This document shows, piece after piece, positions 36,312-49,288 of a stretch of 64,000 nucleotides of DNA. Each line of letters starts with the position of its first letter. Within the stretch, counting starts at the first letter, position 1. The DNA is from an uncultured euryarchaeote. Lineage in GTDB: Archaea > Thermoplasmatota > Poseidoniia > Poseidoniales > Thalassarchaeaceae. The DNA lies in assembly GCA_937911265.1 (NCBI GenBank), contig CALDRG010000064.1, forward strand, positions 8,350-72,349, read 5' to 3'. Below the pieces are notes generated by a model, which was given only the letters and a program-made list of their open reading frames with translations, was not told the origin of the DNA and did no database searches. The position numbers and the translations under genes were made by a program.

Positions 36312-37496
36312 CTAATCCTCCAAGATCATCAGTTTCTCGATGAAATCGGGGTCGCTAACAGCACACACATCGGCCCCGGCTACACTTCCTCCGCACTTGC
36401 TGGCCAGAGCCATCGCAGTCATCGCTAGGCGATGGTCTCCTTGCGAGTCGAACGGCAGCATTGGCCTGACTAGGATCTGGCTACCCGCTACCTCAATCCC
36501 GTCATCGGTCTCCGTAGCCTCCATTCCAAAGCAGTTGAGCAGGTCAACAGTACTGCTAATCCTGTCCGACTCCTTTCCTCTGGCATGAGCAACCCCTCTA
36601 ATCCTGCCGCCATTGCCCAGAGCCATCAGCGCTGCAGCGGGGGCTATGATATCGCTCTCGTCACGCAAATCCAGTTCCTCGGTCCTTTCAGCCAGTTTCA
36701 TCAGTGAGCCAGACAGTTCCAAGCCGTCCCCCGTGAGTACGACCTCGACGTCGTGCAGTTCTGCGAGCAGCATAGCGAGGGGGAGCAGACTTAGTTCACC
36801 CGGAATCTTCACCTCGCCGGGTGTGACGGGCCGCCATGGCTCGATGTCAACGCCGTCCGACACCATCTCGTTCGAGGAACCGCATCTAGTTGCCAACTCG
36901 TACGACAGCTCCGAGTAGCCCCTGCTCACAGAGTGCGACGAGGTCTTGAGATGAATGGCTCCTGAGTAGCCCGGTGAAGCCAGCAGGAGTGCAGACAGGG
37001 GCTGGCTGGAATCGCTGACATCAAGGTGCGCCGACCCTGGAACTACAGGCCCAGTGACAGTCAGAGGGAGTGTGTCCGAAGTGACTTCACACCCGAGTTC
37101 CCTCAGCGCACCGGTCAGAGCCGACATGTCGCGCCGTCTCAGTGACTGGTCCCCATCAAGGGAGACTGGTTCACACATGCCTGCTGCTATCGCCATCAGG
37201 AAGCGGGCTGCCGTGCCTGAGTTGCCGCAGTCGAGATTCCCTTCTGGCGTTTGGAATCCACGCGACCCGACTCCGCTGATGACCCATCTAGATTCATCCT
37301 GATCTATCACGGCACCAATCTCTCTCAGACAGTCCACCATTGACAGGACGTCCTTCCCGGCGCTGCCGATGAAGTTGAGTCCCGTATCTCCTTCGGCCTG
37401 CGCTGCTAGGGTCAACCAGCGAATCATGTGGCTCTTTGAGGGCGGCAGCGACCACTCTATGGTCGCCTCGAGTCCCATTGGCTCGATGCTCAGCAC
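36312..37496 (-). CDS. aroA: 3-phosphoshikimate 1-carboxyvinyltransferase (EPSP synthase)
   Basis: LPPSKSHMIRWLTLAA, GNSGTAARFLMA, and C-terminal D/E and RxxxR motifs of the EPSP synthase fold. Confidence 0.85.
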   Translation of the reverse strand: MLSIEPMGLEATIEWSLPPSKSHMIRWLTLAAQAEGDTGLNFIGSAGKDVLSMVDCLREIGAVIDQDESRWVISGVGSRGFQTPEGNLDCGNSGTAARFLMAIAAGMCEPVSLDGDQSLRRRDMSALTGALRELGCEVTSDTLPLTVTGPVVPGSAHLDVSDSSQPLSALLLASPGYSGAIHLKTSSHSVSRGYSELSYELATRCGSSNEMVSDGVDIEPWRPVTPGEVKIPGELSLLPLAMLLAELHDVEVVLTGDGLELSGSLMKLAERTEELDLRDESDIIAPAAALMALGNGGRIRGVAHARGKESDRISSTVDLLNCFGMEATETDDGIEVAGSQILVRPMLPFDSQGDHRLAMTAMALASKCGGSVAGADVCAVSDPDFIEKLMILED

Positions 37497-37540
37497 GACA
37501 ACGCCAAGGGCGCCATTGTGTTGAATCCTCTCATTCCATT

Positions 37541-38365
37541 CTAAGTCCTTATCCAGTCGCCGAAGTCACTCTCTCCGTCCCATTCTGCGGACCGCTGGTC
37601 TATCAGGCTCGACTCGAGAGTCTGCTCTAGTGTACCATCGAGCCTAATCAGGTTGTTTCGTTTCAACAGTCTAGGGCTGAGTCCAGGGAGGAGCACGGCC
37701 ACCGCCTTGGGCACCCTGCCCGGATAGACCTCGTTGACATGCCTGACAATGTTGGTAGTGCAGGTATTGGTGATACTGTGGTACCATTCTGGCCTCTCAT
37801 GCAGGCCGTTGGTCCTATGAATGAACGACTTGAGCAGCTTCTGGTGACTGTCTTCTCCGAGCACAACGCCCTCAAATAGATGAGTCTTGGATTTCCTCCT
37901 ACATCTCGCTCGAACTCCTATCGAATCACTCTCTGTAGCCCAGAGGTAGATTAGTTCGTATTGCCTGAACATGCCTTTGATTGGGTGGTATCTCTCACCG
38001 ACCTCCCTCCTGACCTCGATTGAGCAGGTTAGCCTCCTTCCGTCCTCGAATTCAAAACTCATCAGCGTATGGGCAATGGGCTTGCGCTTCGGGTCGAAGT
38101 ACTCGAGCACCAGCCAGATCCCAGTCACCTCGCTTGGGCGAAACGTCCAGTCAGCCCAGTGTTCATCGAAATCCTTCGTTGATCTCCAATTGAAGTCTCT
38201 AACGTTTCGCATGGTTACCTCATCGCCGTCGAACTCGGCATACGCCATCCTACGGTTCTCAATCACCCAGTCACGCTCGTTTGATGGCCTCAGGCTCAGG
38301 TGCCTGAGGATTAGGAATGTGAGCAGGGCGAGCCCCGCGAGCCCGGTATACTGCCCCCAGTCCAC
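37541..38365 (-). CDS. DUF4105-like membrane-anchored protein
   Basis: N-terminal TM helix then a conserved domain with WYHSITNTCTTN; the ORF-track N-terminus overlaps tRNA-Ser, so the start was moved to an internal GTG (uncertain). Confidence 0.45.
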   Translation of the reverse strand: MDWGQYTGLAGLALLTFLILRHLSLRPSNERDWVIENRRMAYAEFDGDEVTMRNVRDFNWRSTKDFDEHWADWTFRPSEVTGIWLVLEYFDPKRKPIAHTLMSFEFEDGRRLTCSIEVRREVGERYHPIKGMFRQYELIYLWATESDSIGVRARCRRKSKTHLFEGVVLGEDSHQKLLKSFIHRTNGLHERPEWYHSITNTCTTNIVRHVNEVYPGRVPKAVAVLLPGLSPRLLKRNNLIRLDGTLEQTLESSLIDQRSAEWDGESDFGDWIRT

Positions 38366-38410
38366 GTATCTCGTAGAACGGCTGAGCGCATGAAGCTGTC
38401 TTTGAGGGAG

Positions 38411-38497
38411 TGGCGCGGCAGGGGAGATTCGAACTCCCGAGGTGAAACACCACTGGATTAGCAATCCAGCGCAATGGCCAGGCTATGCGACTGCCGC
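38411..38497 (-). tRNA. tRNA-Ser (anticodon GCT)
   Basis: Minus-strand reading GCGGCAG...CTGCCGC 7-bp acceptor stem, anticodon stem CTGGA/TCCAG with loop TTGCTAA, long variable arm, T-arm GTTCGAATC, discriminator G plus encoded CCA. Confidence 0.85.
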
Positions 38498-38539
38498 AGT
38501 GCTCTTGCCACCTGCTTCATTCGCTTAAGCCGAGCGGTT

Positions 38540-41236
38540 TCACTCTTCTTCGAGGGATGGCTCGTCTACATCCAAGGAGTCCACTAGATTGGCGGGCAAC
38601 CTAGCAACGAAGATAATCTCGTCTACGTAGCCCGACCTGTCGGCGTTGCGCAGCTCCATGATTCGAGTGCCCTTGGTCACCTTGCCTAGAGTCTCCTTGG
38701 TCTGGCCAGACACCATCCTGATCATCATCCCAGTTGCGGTGAGCATGAATAACTGGTCTTCAAGGTCAGGAATCTGGCGTACGCTGACGATACAGTCATC
38801 ATCACGCAGTGACATCGTGCGCACCCCTTTGGTTCCCCTGTTGGTGCGCCTGTAACCATCCCTCTCTGTGATGACGTCACCTTCTTCGTTGAGGACCTCG
38901 TTGCCCCCGGCGTCCTTCACGATCATCATCTCGCCTGAACCGAGGCGGCTGCGCTTGGCCATTCCATACTTCGAGATAGTCAGAACGCTGGTATCGAAGT
39001 CATCGGTCACAATCATCCCAATCACACTGTCTCCCTTCCGGAGTTTCATCCCGGAGACTCCCTGGCTGACTCTGCCTTGAACTCGAACGATATGGGTGGT
39101 CACTATATCTCCTGAGTTGGAATCGACTCTGGACTTTTCTTCGGCTGGCATGAACCTACAGGCGTTGCCTTGCGCCGACACCAACACGACATGGTCGGCT
39201 TCGGTGGCGGGTCTGACAGTAACCAGCGAATCACCATCTCCCTCGGCGAATCGCAAGGCATACTTCCCATTGCGGTTGATTTTGACGTACTCAGAGAGAC
39301 GACTCTTCTTGATGCGACCGTTCGTAGTGGCGAACATCAGGTAGTTCCCCTCCGGACTCTCGATGAGCTCCCTGCTGAGAGGGAGTATCGAGATTACCCT
39401 CTCCTCTTCGCGGATGCCACCGAGCAGGTTGCGTATGTGAGAGCCTCTGCCGTAGCGGCTGGCAGACGGCGTCTCCCATGCCCTGAGGCCATAGACACGG
39501 CCCATATCGGTGAAAATCAGCAACCTGTCCTTGGAAAAGCAGGTGACTATCTTGGAGGGAGCATCTTCCTCCTTAGTAGCCACCCCCTTGAGTCCCTTCC
39601 CGCCTCTGTTCTGAAGACGGAATGCCTCTACAGGGAGGTGGCGGATGTAGTTGTCCTGAGTCAGTGAGATAACGATGGCCTGCTCGGCGACAAGATCCTC
39701 ACGGTCCATTGACAGAGGCATTGGGTCGATGCTGGAGCGCCGCTCGTCGCCGTGCTTATCGACAACCGCATCAAGCTCGGCGATTATGATGCCGAGGCGT
39801 CGGATTCGGCTATCTAGGATGCCCTCGAAGTCCTTGATAGCCTGCTTCAGTCTCTCCAGTTCATCGGAGACCTCCTGGACGTTTATCTTGGTGAGCTGGT
39901 ACAGGCGCCGCTCGGCTATTGCCTTGGCTTGCTTCTCGGAGAAGTCGAAGCGCTTGATCTTGGGGTATTTCTCGTCGCCCCTCAAGTACTGCTCAAACTG
40001 CTCGCGGGAGTCAGAGTTCCTACCGACTTCGATAATCTCGGTCATCCTCTTCTGAGCCTTCATCAGCCCTTTTAGGATGTGTGCGCGGGCCGCCGCCTTC
40101 TCAAGATCGAATTGTGTGCGTCGCTCGACGATTGACTCCCTATGTCGGACATGCGTGTGCAGGATGGTGCACAGGTCAAGTTGGACCGGTTCGCCCTTTA
40201 GTATGCCCATCATGTTCGCTGAGTAAGACTCTTGCAACCTGCTGGAACGGTAGAGCTGATTCAGCACGGCGTGAGGATCGGCGTTCTGCTTAATCTCAAT
40301 GACAACCCTGATTCCTTCCTTACTGGATTCGTCCCTGATGTCCCTGATGCCCTTGATGATCTCCTTCTGGACGAGCTCGGCTATGCCTTGTAGCATCCCG
40401 GCCTTCTTCACCTGATAGGGGATGGAGTGAACTATCAGTTTCTTGCCCGAGGAGTCATCCTGAACTTCGATGTCTGAGCGGATGTGGAAGCTACCGTGAC
40501 CGGTTCTGTACATGTCGACGATGCCATCTATCCCGTGGATCGTGGCACCCGTAGGGAAGTCTGGCCCCTTGAGGAACTCCATATACTCAAGCGCATCAAT
40601 CTTGGGCGGGTTGTCGAAGCCTATCTTGCGATTTTGCTCGATGACCTTCTCTACATGGAACTTGATTGCCGCGGCGACCTCATTGAGGTTGTGAGGCGGA
40701 ATCTTGGTCGCCATGCCGACGGCTATACCGTCGCTGCCGTTGAGCAGCAAATTAGGTAGGCGAGCCGGCAACACTGACGGCTCTGTCTCTGTGTCGTCGA
40801 AGTTAGGTTCCATGTCAATGGTGTTCTTGTTGATGTCATCCAACATGTGATGCGACATCCGATCGAGGCGACTTTCGGTGTACCTCATAGCAGCAGGAGG
40901 GTCACCATCGATGGAGCCGAAGTTTCCTTGACCGTCGATCAACGGGTACCGTAGGGAGAAGTCCTGAGCCATCCTGACCATGGTTTGGTACAGCGCTTGG
41001 TCACCGTGTGGGTGGTACTTCCCCATCACTTCCCCGACTGAACGAGCAGATTTGCTGTATTTTTTCTCGTGGGTGTGGCCGGCCTGGTGCATCCCCCAGA
41101 GGATACGTCGGTGGACCGGCTTCAACCCGTCCCTAACGTCAGGTAGGGCACGCCCGATGATGACACTCATGGCATAGTTGATGTAACTCTCCTTCATCTC
41201 CTCAGAGATGTCCCTTCGAAGTAGATCCTCTGCCAT
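38540..41236 (-). CDS. gyrA: DNA gyrase subunit A
   Basis: [26 protein letters not shown] with the active-site Tyr region, C-terminal beta-pinwheel repeats, acidic tail. Confidence 0.95.
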   Translation of the reverse strand: MAEDLLRRDISEEMKESYINYAMSVIIGRALPDVRDGLKPVHRRILWGMHQAGHTHEKKYSKSARSVGEVMGKYHPHGDQALYQTMVRMAQDFSLRYPLIDGQGNFGSIDGDPPAAMRYTESRLDRMSHHMLDDINKNTIDMEPNFDDTETEPSVLPARLPNLLLNGSDGIAVGMATKIPPHNLNEVAAAIKFHVEKVIEQNRKIGFDNPPKIDALEYMEFLKGPDFPTGATIHGIDGIVDMYRTGHGSFHIRSDIEVQDDSSGKKLIVHSIPYQVKKAGMLQGIAELVQKEIIKGIRDIRDESSKEGIRVVIEIKQNADPHAVLNQLYRSSRLQESYSANMMGILKGEPVQLDLCTILHTHVRHRESIVERRTQFDLEKAAARAHILKGLMKAQKRMTEIIEVGRNSDSREQFEQYLRGDEKYPKIKRFDFSEKQAKAIAERRLYQLTKINVQEVSDELERLKQAIKDFEGILDSRIRRLGIIIAELDAVVDKHGDERRSSIDPMPLSMDREDLVAEQAIVISLTQDNYIRHLPVEAFRLQNRGGKGLKGVATKEEDAPSKIVTCFSKDRLLIFTDMGRVYGLRAWETPSASRYGRGSHIRNLLGGIREEERVISILPLSRELIESPEGNYLMFATTNGRIKKSRLSEYVKINRNGKYALRFAEGDGDSLVTVRPATEADHVVLVSAQGNACRFMPAEEKSRVDSNSGDIVTTHIVRVQGRVSQGVSGMKLRKGDSVIGMIVTDDFDTSVLTISKYGMAKRSRLGSGEMMIVKDAGGNEVLNEEGDVITERDGYRRTNRGTKGVRTMSLRDDDCIVSVRQIPDLEDQLFMLTATGMMIRMVSGQTKETLGKVTKGTRIMELRNADRSGYVDEIIFVARLPANLVDSLDVDEPSLEEE

Positions 41237-41245
41237 TCTGATTCC

Positions 41246-43370
<2,125 letters not shown>

Positions 43371-43418
43371 TGAAATTGCACGACATGGTTATACAGACTG
43401 CCAAGGTGGAGCGGCCGA

Positions 43419-44231
43419 ATGCCTCGACCACTCATCTGTGTTACACTGAGAGGGTGCACCGTTGATGAGATGCTGAAGGATGCAGCCATGGCGACTGCTG
43501 CAGGGGCGGATATGGTTGAGGTACGTCTGGACAAGCTTTGGGTTGTAGAGCAGATGCCTGAACCGGATCCCGCAGAGGAGGAAGCGAAGAGGGATGATCG
43601 TAGGCCCAAATACGTCGAGCCTGATTTCATCCCGCAACCACTCGACTCGGTCGACGTGCAGGGGGCGCTTGAGTCACTTAAGCAGGGCATCGACCTACCG
43701 GTAATCCTTACATGCCGCCCAGAGCGCCAGCAGGGCCATTATCCGGGAGAAGAAGGACAACGTATCGAGGTGCTGAGTGCGGCAATCAATAGTGGCGTCA
43801 GTTGGATTGACCTCGAGGTCGATATCGAGTCGAAGGCGCGCAAATCTCTGATGGATGATGCTTCTGGGAAGGCCAAGGTTGTTGCCTCCCTTCACTCCTC
43901 GGAGAATCCTCCCTCGGCTTCGGAGATAATCCACGATGTCGAGGACAACTCTGATGCCGGAGATATCATCAAAATCTGCTACCGGTCATCAGGCCGTCAC
44001 GACGGACTACGTCTGTTTGAGGCAGCGTGGGGTCTCAGGAGCTCAGGAGCTCATTACGCCATCATGGGATTGGGATGGGGCGGCGACTGGACTAGGATTC
44101 ACGCCCCGTTGCTTGAACAGGCCCTAGTATACACCACCATGGACAAGGGACTGCACATCTCGCGACAGGGTAGAATCAACGCCTCGGACCTGCAGACTGC
44201 GTGGCAACTGCTAGAATACGAGACCGCCTAA
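43419..44231 (+). CDS. aroD: 3-dehydroquinate dehydratase, type I
   Basis: PLICVTL...ADMVEVRLD, PVILTCRP, WIDLEVD, matching the type I DHQase barrel pattern. Confidence 0.65.
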   Translation: MPRPLICVTLRGCTVDEMLKDAAMATAAGADMVEVRLDKLWVVEQMPEPDPAEEEAKRDDRRPKYVEPDFIPQPLDSVDVQGALESLKQGIDLPVILTCRPERQQGHYPGEEGQRIEVLSAAINSGVSWIDLEVDIESKARKSLMDDASGKAKVVASLHSSENPPSASEIIHDVEDNSDAGDIIKICYRSSGRHDGLRLFEAAWGLRSSGAHYAIMGLGWGGDWTRIHAPLLEQALVYTTMDKGLHISRQGRINASDLQTAWQLLEYETA

Positions 44232-45121
44232 CCGTCTTGGCTGCGCTCATCGCGCTCACTCTCGAGGTAAGGGACCTGATGCGAATCTTCTTCATCGCCC
44301 AGCCCGGTCGACATGTACTTGCTGTGAATGATAAGAGGGACGATGATGCAAGCTATCGGTAGCGCTGCTATCAGGATGTAGGCGACGAAATTGGGCAGCG
44401 TCGTCCTCTCTTCAACATCGACCAATATCTCGACATTCATGCTGCCTCCGGCGGCCTTTCTATCGGAACTCCTCCCGTTGTCCCAGCCATCGACCACTAG
44501 GTAGTACTGGGGGTCGCCCGAATCGAACCAAGAGACGGAGGACCATGCCGAACCAATCGAGTCTATGGCCACTGAGAATACCTGGCTAGAAACGCTCTCG
44601 TATGCGTGGACATCCCTGAACGGCAGCCACATGGCCAGGTCTCTCCATTCCACTGGTAATTCGTTGACAATTTCCTCTAAATCATCCCACTCTCTAGTTT
44701 CGTAACTTGATGTGTAGCGGTCCCAGTTGGCCTCATTCATCAGGTATACATCGCCAATCGCCCCCATGGTCGGAGCTGACTGTGAATCAGAGCTCAAATA
44801 GAGGCAGAAGGTGTACTGGTAGCCAGGCACCAGTTCCATACTAATCGCATTCGCGCTGTCGTTGTAGACCGTCATATCGGTGCTGAAGTCGCGATTTAGG
44901 GGCTTCAACATCGCATTCTCGCCCCAAAATCCACCATCTTCGATCGAGTGCTCTTCAAAGTACTGATCTATCCCTGGAGAGTTTTCGGCCGGAACGTCGC
45001 CACAGTTCGCCTCTGCAGATGCAATCGGAGCTGCGATTATTGTAACGAACACAGCGACTACGGGCAGGAGCAGACAGAGGTTGATTGCGGCCGCAGTGAG
45101 TTTCTTAGGGCCGTCTTCCAC
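44228..45121 (-). CDS. Membrane-anchored extracellular protein (N-terminal signal/TM, C-terminal TM, acidic cytoplasmic tail)
   Basis: Hydrophobic N- and C-terminal segments; 2-nt gap to the upstream metalloprotease gene, so likely cotranscribed. Confidence 0.5.
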   Translation of the reverse strand: MEDGPKKLTAAAINLCLLLPVVAVFVTIIAAPIASAEANCGDVPAENSPGIDQYFEEHSIEDGGFWGENAMLKPLNRDFSTDMTVYNDSANAISMELVPGYQYTFCLYLSSDSQSAPTMGAIGDVYLMNEANWDRYTSSYETREWDDLEEIVNELPVEWRDLAMWLPFRDVHAYESVSSQVFSVAIDSIGSAWSSVSWFDSGDPQYYLVVDGWDNGRSSDRKAAGGSMNVEILVDVEERTTLPNFVAYILIAALPIACIIVPLIIHSKYMSTGLGDEEDSHQVPYLESERDERSQDG

Positions 45122-45123
45122 GC

Positions 45124-48100
45124 TCAGCGCCTCCTCGTCCTGATAGGTCGGATGTATCCGGACTCCTTGTTTCTTCGCTCTTGGACAGTCAGGTACTTCG
45201 GTTGTGGAGGTGGCTTGTGCTGGTCCATACCAGGCAGGCCTCCTTCGACTTCAACTTCAGTGACGTCGTAGGTCTCGAGCATCTCTCCGGCATCCAACTC
45301 ATCCTCGTCTTTCTCTCGCATAATCAACCACCCAAGTACGAGGACGGCCGCAACCAAGGCTAGCAGCCCCGCGCTCTCCCTGTTAGGAACTAGGTCACTC
45401 CATGTCAGGTCGGCCAACGACTTCGGCTTGTCATCTTCCTGCACCGAGAGGACGGTGATTACGTACTCCTCAGAGGAGCAGACGCCCACGCCGTCGCACA
45501 CCTGCATCAGGATTCTAATTTCGCCAGGCTGGTTCCAAGTCTGATTACCCCACAACCAGTCGTTTCGAGTGTCGCCGTCGAGGTCGGTGTCTTGCAGCGC
45601 GTTGAGGTCCCATTTCACTGTCAGTGGACCTGTTAGGGGCCGGTCACGGTCATTGGCCGGATTGCCGTCCCCGTCACTGTCGTCAGACTGGTCCAGATCT
45701 ATCCACGCCTCTATGCCGTCGTCTAGGTCCGCATCTTTGGCGCTGGAGTTCAGCAGCACGATGTCGCCCATCGCGACGTAGTCGGCAGAGATTGGATCAT
45801 CGGTGAGAATCACAGGAGCCCTAGAGACGTGAACGGTCAGAGTGGTCGTGTTTGTCTCACCACCCTCAAAACCGTCAACCACCGTCAGGGTCACGACATA
45901 GGTGCCGGGAATCTCGTAGGCGTGCCACACTACCGGTCCGCTGACCGGCGAACTGGCGTCGCCGAAGTCCCAGATCCACGAGACTATGCCGTTCCACTCC
46001 GATGAATCGGAATCCGTTGATGTCCGGCCCACAAACAGTGGGTCAGCATCGTAACTGTCAGAACCATCGAACCTGATTGGGTCGCCGGGAGCCACGAATG
46101 CGCCCCCTCCAGCAGTATGGGGGACCTGCCAGACGACACCGTCCTCGGTCTGAGGGATTTCGCTCATCACAGACCCGTTGACGCTCGGGCAACTGAATTC
46201 AAGTCCTGGGACAGGGAGTGGGTTGGCTATCCTAATCGAGTATGACTTGGTGGCCGAGGAGAGCCCCCTGTCGTCGATTATGGTGAGGCTGATGGTGTAC
46301 AGTCCGGGCTCGAGGAAGGTGTGGCTCACTGAGGAGACGTTGTACACAGGGTCATCGAAGTCTGAGATTTCCCACTTAGTCTGCAGCAGTGCCGTGTCAC
46401 CATCTGGGTCGAACGACTCGCTAACGAATGTGTAGGTCGTATCCACATCTCCATCCTGCGGTCTCGCGAAAACTGCGACTGGTCTCTGATTAAGCACTTG
46501 TACCTGAAGCAGGGCCACGGAGGTGTTACCATCATCATCGGTGACTTCGAGAGTGACGTTTTTCATTCCCGGCTCAAGCCATCCAGCGCTGGGATTCTGC
46601 AGGATGGACTCGGTCGCGGAAAAGTCGGAAGTCAGTGCCATCCCAGAGCCGTCCAGATTGACCCCCTCCTCGAAGAACCAGCTATACTCGACAATCATCC
46701 CATCTGAGTCCTCAAAGACTGTCGGCATGGTCAGTGGAGTCAACGTGTATGTCTGCAGTGGTTCGTCAAAGATCTGTTTCGGTAAACGATTCAGGACCTT
46801 GATGTAAATGGATTGCTCGACGATGTGAATACCGTCATCGACTGTCAAAATCAGAGTGTAGATAATTCCGTCAGCGCTGCCGTCCACCCATGAGTGCCCA
46901 GCCTCGCCCACTCCTTGGCCTCCTTCGTTCTGCCCGTCGCCCCAGTCCCAGGTGAATACCAACTCATCTAGAGGGACGTTGTCTGAGGTCCCTCTGGCTG
47001 AGAATTGCACTCTCTGATCAGTGAGGAGCACCAGTTCGTCGGTGATGATGACTCCATCCACAGAGATCTCGGGGATTGGGTCGGAGATGTCGCTCACCGA
47101 GATGTTCCACGATTGAGAATCCGAGTAGTATCCTCCTTGGTCCTGTACCACTAGGACAATCTGGTAGTCTCCGGCATTGAGGTACGAGTGGGTCGGATTC
47201 TTCAATCCGGACGAGTTGTTGTCTCCGAGGTCCCAGATGTATCCTACAGGAGTGTCGTTATGGCTGAATGTACCATTCAACTGACCGAAGCCCCACGAGT
47301 CGTACCCCGAACCGAACACGGTCACGGGTAGCCATGTCTGAGTGACTGGCGTGGACATCGAACCGGATGCAACAGGCTCCATGTTAGCCAGAGCCATGGG
47401 CAGTGAGAACGCTTGGTCCACAATCTCCCCTGTAACGTCGCGGATGCGGATGCCGTAGGTCCAGTCTCCCGATGAAGGGGGAGTGAACCAGACGCTTCTC
47501 GGAGACGGAACACTATTGCCGGCGGTGATGTCGAACACCACCGAGTCAGACACGCTGTTGTTGACATAGGCCTCGATGGTCACTTCAAGAATTTCGAAGA
47601 ATGCGTTGGACTCCACATCGAGATCGATGCGAACGCTGTCGTCCAACCCGTCCTCGTCCCTGTCGAAGGAGGTAATCGTGTCTATCGAGACTTCCGCGGG
47701 GTCGGTAATCAGACCAGCATGTACAGTGAGAGAGGCTGTTGGGTACGATCCAGTGGTGATGCCGCAGGACACATAGTTGTAGTCGCAGTCAGTGACCATG
47801 GATTCGTACCATGTGAGCAGCCAGACCTCGTCAGTGGTGTTTCCAAATCCGTGCACTAGCCCGGTTCCGGCCCCTGTTCCGGAGTCTATCCGCAGGCTAC
47901 TCATCGACCAAGTCCCCGTGTCTGCGTCGCGAGCCATTATGGCGCCTTCAAAGCCGAATTGAGTTGGTTGCACCATCATATTGAGCGGAGCGCCAGAGCC
48001 CTGAGCGAACTTGTACGCTCTCATGCCCCAGCCCTCTATATCTTGACTGGAGCTGTTCCAATCGTTGACCCACTGATCGTTGTATCCACTCATCTGGGCC

Positions 48101-49239
48101 TTGCAGATATAGGCGGCAATGCATCCTGAGGTGAGATCGAGGTTGGTAAATCCGAAGGCCCCTTGGGCGCTGTCGAGGGACACTGCCGCACTGAAGTTAG
48201 CAAAGATCTCACTCATCGTCGTCCCAATAGAGGTCGCACCTGTCTCTGGATTTTGAGCCAGATTCTCAATAGCTACTCCGCCGGTAGCCGTATCGGCGAC
48301 CAGTCTTTGGATTGCGGCTCCACCACCGAGCTTGTCGGCTAGGTACATCAGGAACATGAAACCGGCGCCATAGTCGGCTATTCTGCCGTTCCACCACCGC
48401 ACGCTGAGGCTGCTGTCCTGCGACCATTCATTGGCGTGTCCTGTCAGCGTGCTGGTGACTCCGAAGGCTAGGTACGCTGCCATGTCCGCCGCTCCCTCAT
48501 CGATCCACAGGTACTCGTACGGATCCCTCGCGTTATGCAGCAGATGCTCGAACTCATGAGCAAGGATAGTGTTCCTCGAACTCATGTCATCGACGTCGAC
48601 GAACACTGATTCCCTAACCGACGAGATACCGGGTGAGAAGTATCCGCCGGTCCCACCTGATCCGTCGATGGCAATCAGGACAATCTCGATTTGGCAGTTG
48701 TTGTCGACATCGGGCGGACTGCCGAAATAGGTCGTGTCCGTGGGGTAAATCGTCGATTCCCAGGTTGAGGCAATATCATTGAGCGTGGTAGACGAGATAA
48801 TCTGGCCGTTCTCAACCAGAATAGCAGAATTGGCAGATACCTTCTGCGCCGTGACAGAGACGCTGCCACTGGCCGTGGAGACGTTGCCAGTATCGCCTTG
48901 ACTCCATGCATTCTCGCAAGAACGTACTGTGGATCTCGAGTTCAGGTAGCCCGGAGAGAATGGGAGCACCAGCCCAGGATAACCAGCTTCCCTCCATTCG
49001 ATCTTCAGGTGACCGGTAGCCGAGAATATCGGTTCGAATTCATCTGTGAACAGGTACCGCTTGCCCTCAATAGAGGGGTCGAACTCCGAGAGGTCGCCCG
49101 ACATGACCTCAGTCATCGATTCAGTGGATTGCGGCTCTGCGAGAGTCAAAGGAGAAAGACTGGCGAACAGCATCGTCAGGACCAGCATGACAGATGCTCT
49201 GCGGGACGTTGGTGCATTGTGGGGGGGCATGTTCAACAC
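45124..49239 (-). CDS. Giant membrane-anchored extracellular zinc metalloprotease (HEFEH, MA clan, M6/InhA-like) with multiple PKD-like domains
   Basis: Signal peptide; HEFEHLLHN...IDEGAAD gluzincin-like motif; at least 3 PKD signatures (WDWGDGQ, WDLGDNNSS...GDYQIVLVVQD, WDFGDASS...GTYVVTLTVVD); C-terminal TM plus basic tail. Confidence 0.6.
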   Translation of the reverse strand: MLNMPPHNAPTSRRASVMLVLTMLFASLSPLTLAEPQSTESMTEVMSGDLSEFDPSIEGKRYLFTDEFEPIFSATGHLKIEWREAGYPGLVLPFSPGYLNSRSTVRSCENAWSQGDTGNVSTASGSVSVTAQKVSANSAILVENGQIISSTTLNDIASTWESTIYPTDTTYFGSPPDVDNNCQIEIVLIAIDGSGGTGGYFSPGISSVRESVFVDVDDMSSRNTILAHEFEHLLHNARDPYEYLWIDEGAADMAAYLAFGVTSTLTGHANEWSQDSSLSVRWWNGRIADYGAGFMFLMYLADKLGGGAAIQRLVADTATGGVAIENLAQNPETGATSIGTTMSEIFANFSAAVSLDSAQGAFGFTNLDLTSGCIAAYICKAQMSGYNDQWVNDWNSSSQDIEGWGMRAYKFAQGSGAPLNMMVQPTQFGFEGAIMARDADTGTWSMSSLRIDSGTGAGTGLVHGFGNTTDEVWLLTWYESMVTDCDYNYVSCGITTGSYPTASLTVHAGLITDPAEVSIDTITSFDRDEDGLDDSVRIDLDVESNAFFEILEVTIEAYVNNSVSDSVVFDITAGNSVPSPRSVWFTPPSSGDWTYGIRIRDVTGEIVDQAFSLPMALANMEPVASGSMSTPVTQTWLPVTVFGSGYDSWGFGQLNGTFSHNDTPVGYIWDLGDNNSSGLKNPTHSYLNAGDYQIVLVVQDQGGYYSDSQSWNISVSDISDPIPEISVDGVIITDELVLLTDQRVQFSARGTSDNVPLDELVFTWDWGDGQNEGGQGVGEAGHSWVDGSADGIIYTLILTVDDGIHIVEQSIYIKVLNRLPKQIFDEPLQTYTLTPLTMPTVFEDSDGMIVEYSWFFEEGVNLDGSGMALTSDFSATESILQNPSAGWLEPGMKNVTLEVTDDDGNTSVALLQVQVLNQRPVAVFARPQDGDVDTTYTFVSESFDPDGDTALLQTKWEISDFDDPVYNVSSVSHTFLEPGLYTISLTIIDDRGLSSATKSYSIRIANPLPVPGLEFSCPSVNGSVMSEIPQTEDGVVWQVPHTAGGGAFVAPGDPIRFDGSDSYDADPLFVGRTSTDSDSSEWNGIVSWIWDFGDASSPVSGPVVWHAYEIPGTYVVTLTVVDGFEGGETNTTTLTVHVSRAPVILTDDPISADYVAMGDIVLLNSSAKDADLDDGIEAWIDLDQSDDSDGDGNPANDRDRPLTGPLTVKWDLNALQDTDLDGDTRNDWLWGNQTWNQPGEIRILMQVCDGVGVCSSEEYVITVLSVQEDDKPKSLADLTWSDLVPNRESAGLLALVAAVLVLGWLIMREKDEDELDAGEMLETYDVTEVEVEGGLPGMDQHKPPPQPKYLTVQERRNKESGYIRPIRTRRR

Positions 49240-49288
49240 TCCGTGTTGTTTTCAGTCGCAATCCGCTCAAAGACCTATTTTAACATCG

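Noticed and set aside
38366-38464. N-terminal 33 codons of the DUF4105 ORF
   Set aside because: Codons 1-18 would lie on top of the tRNA-Ser gene on the same strand. An internal GTG is proposed instead, and the exact start is uncertain.
49046-49288. N-terminal 81 codons of the glutaminyl cyclase ORF
   Set aside because: They overlap the start of the 1371-aa protease gene on the opposite strand. The signal peptide begins only at the internal Met residues (49289 or 49307).
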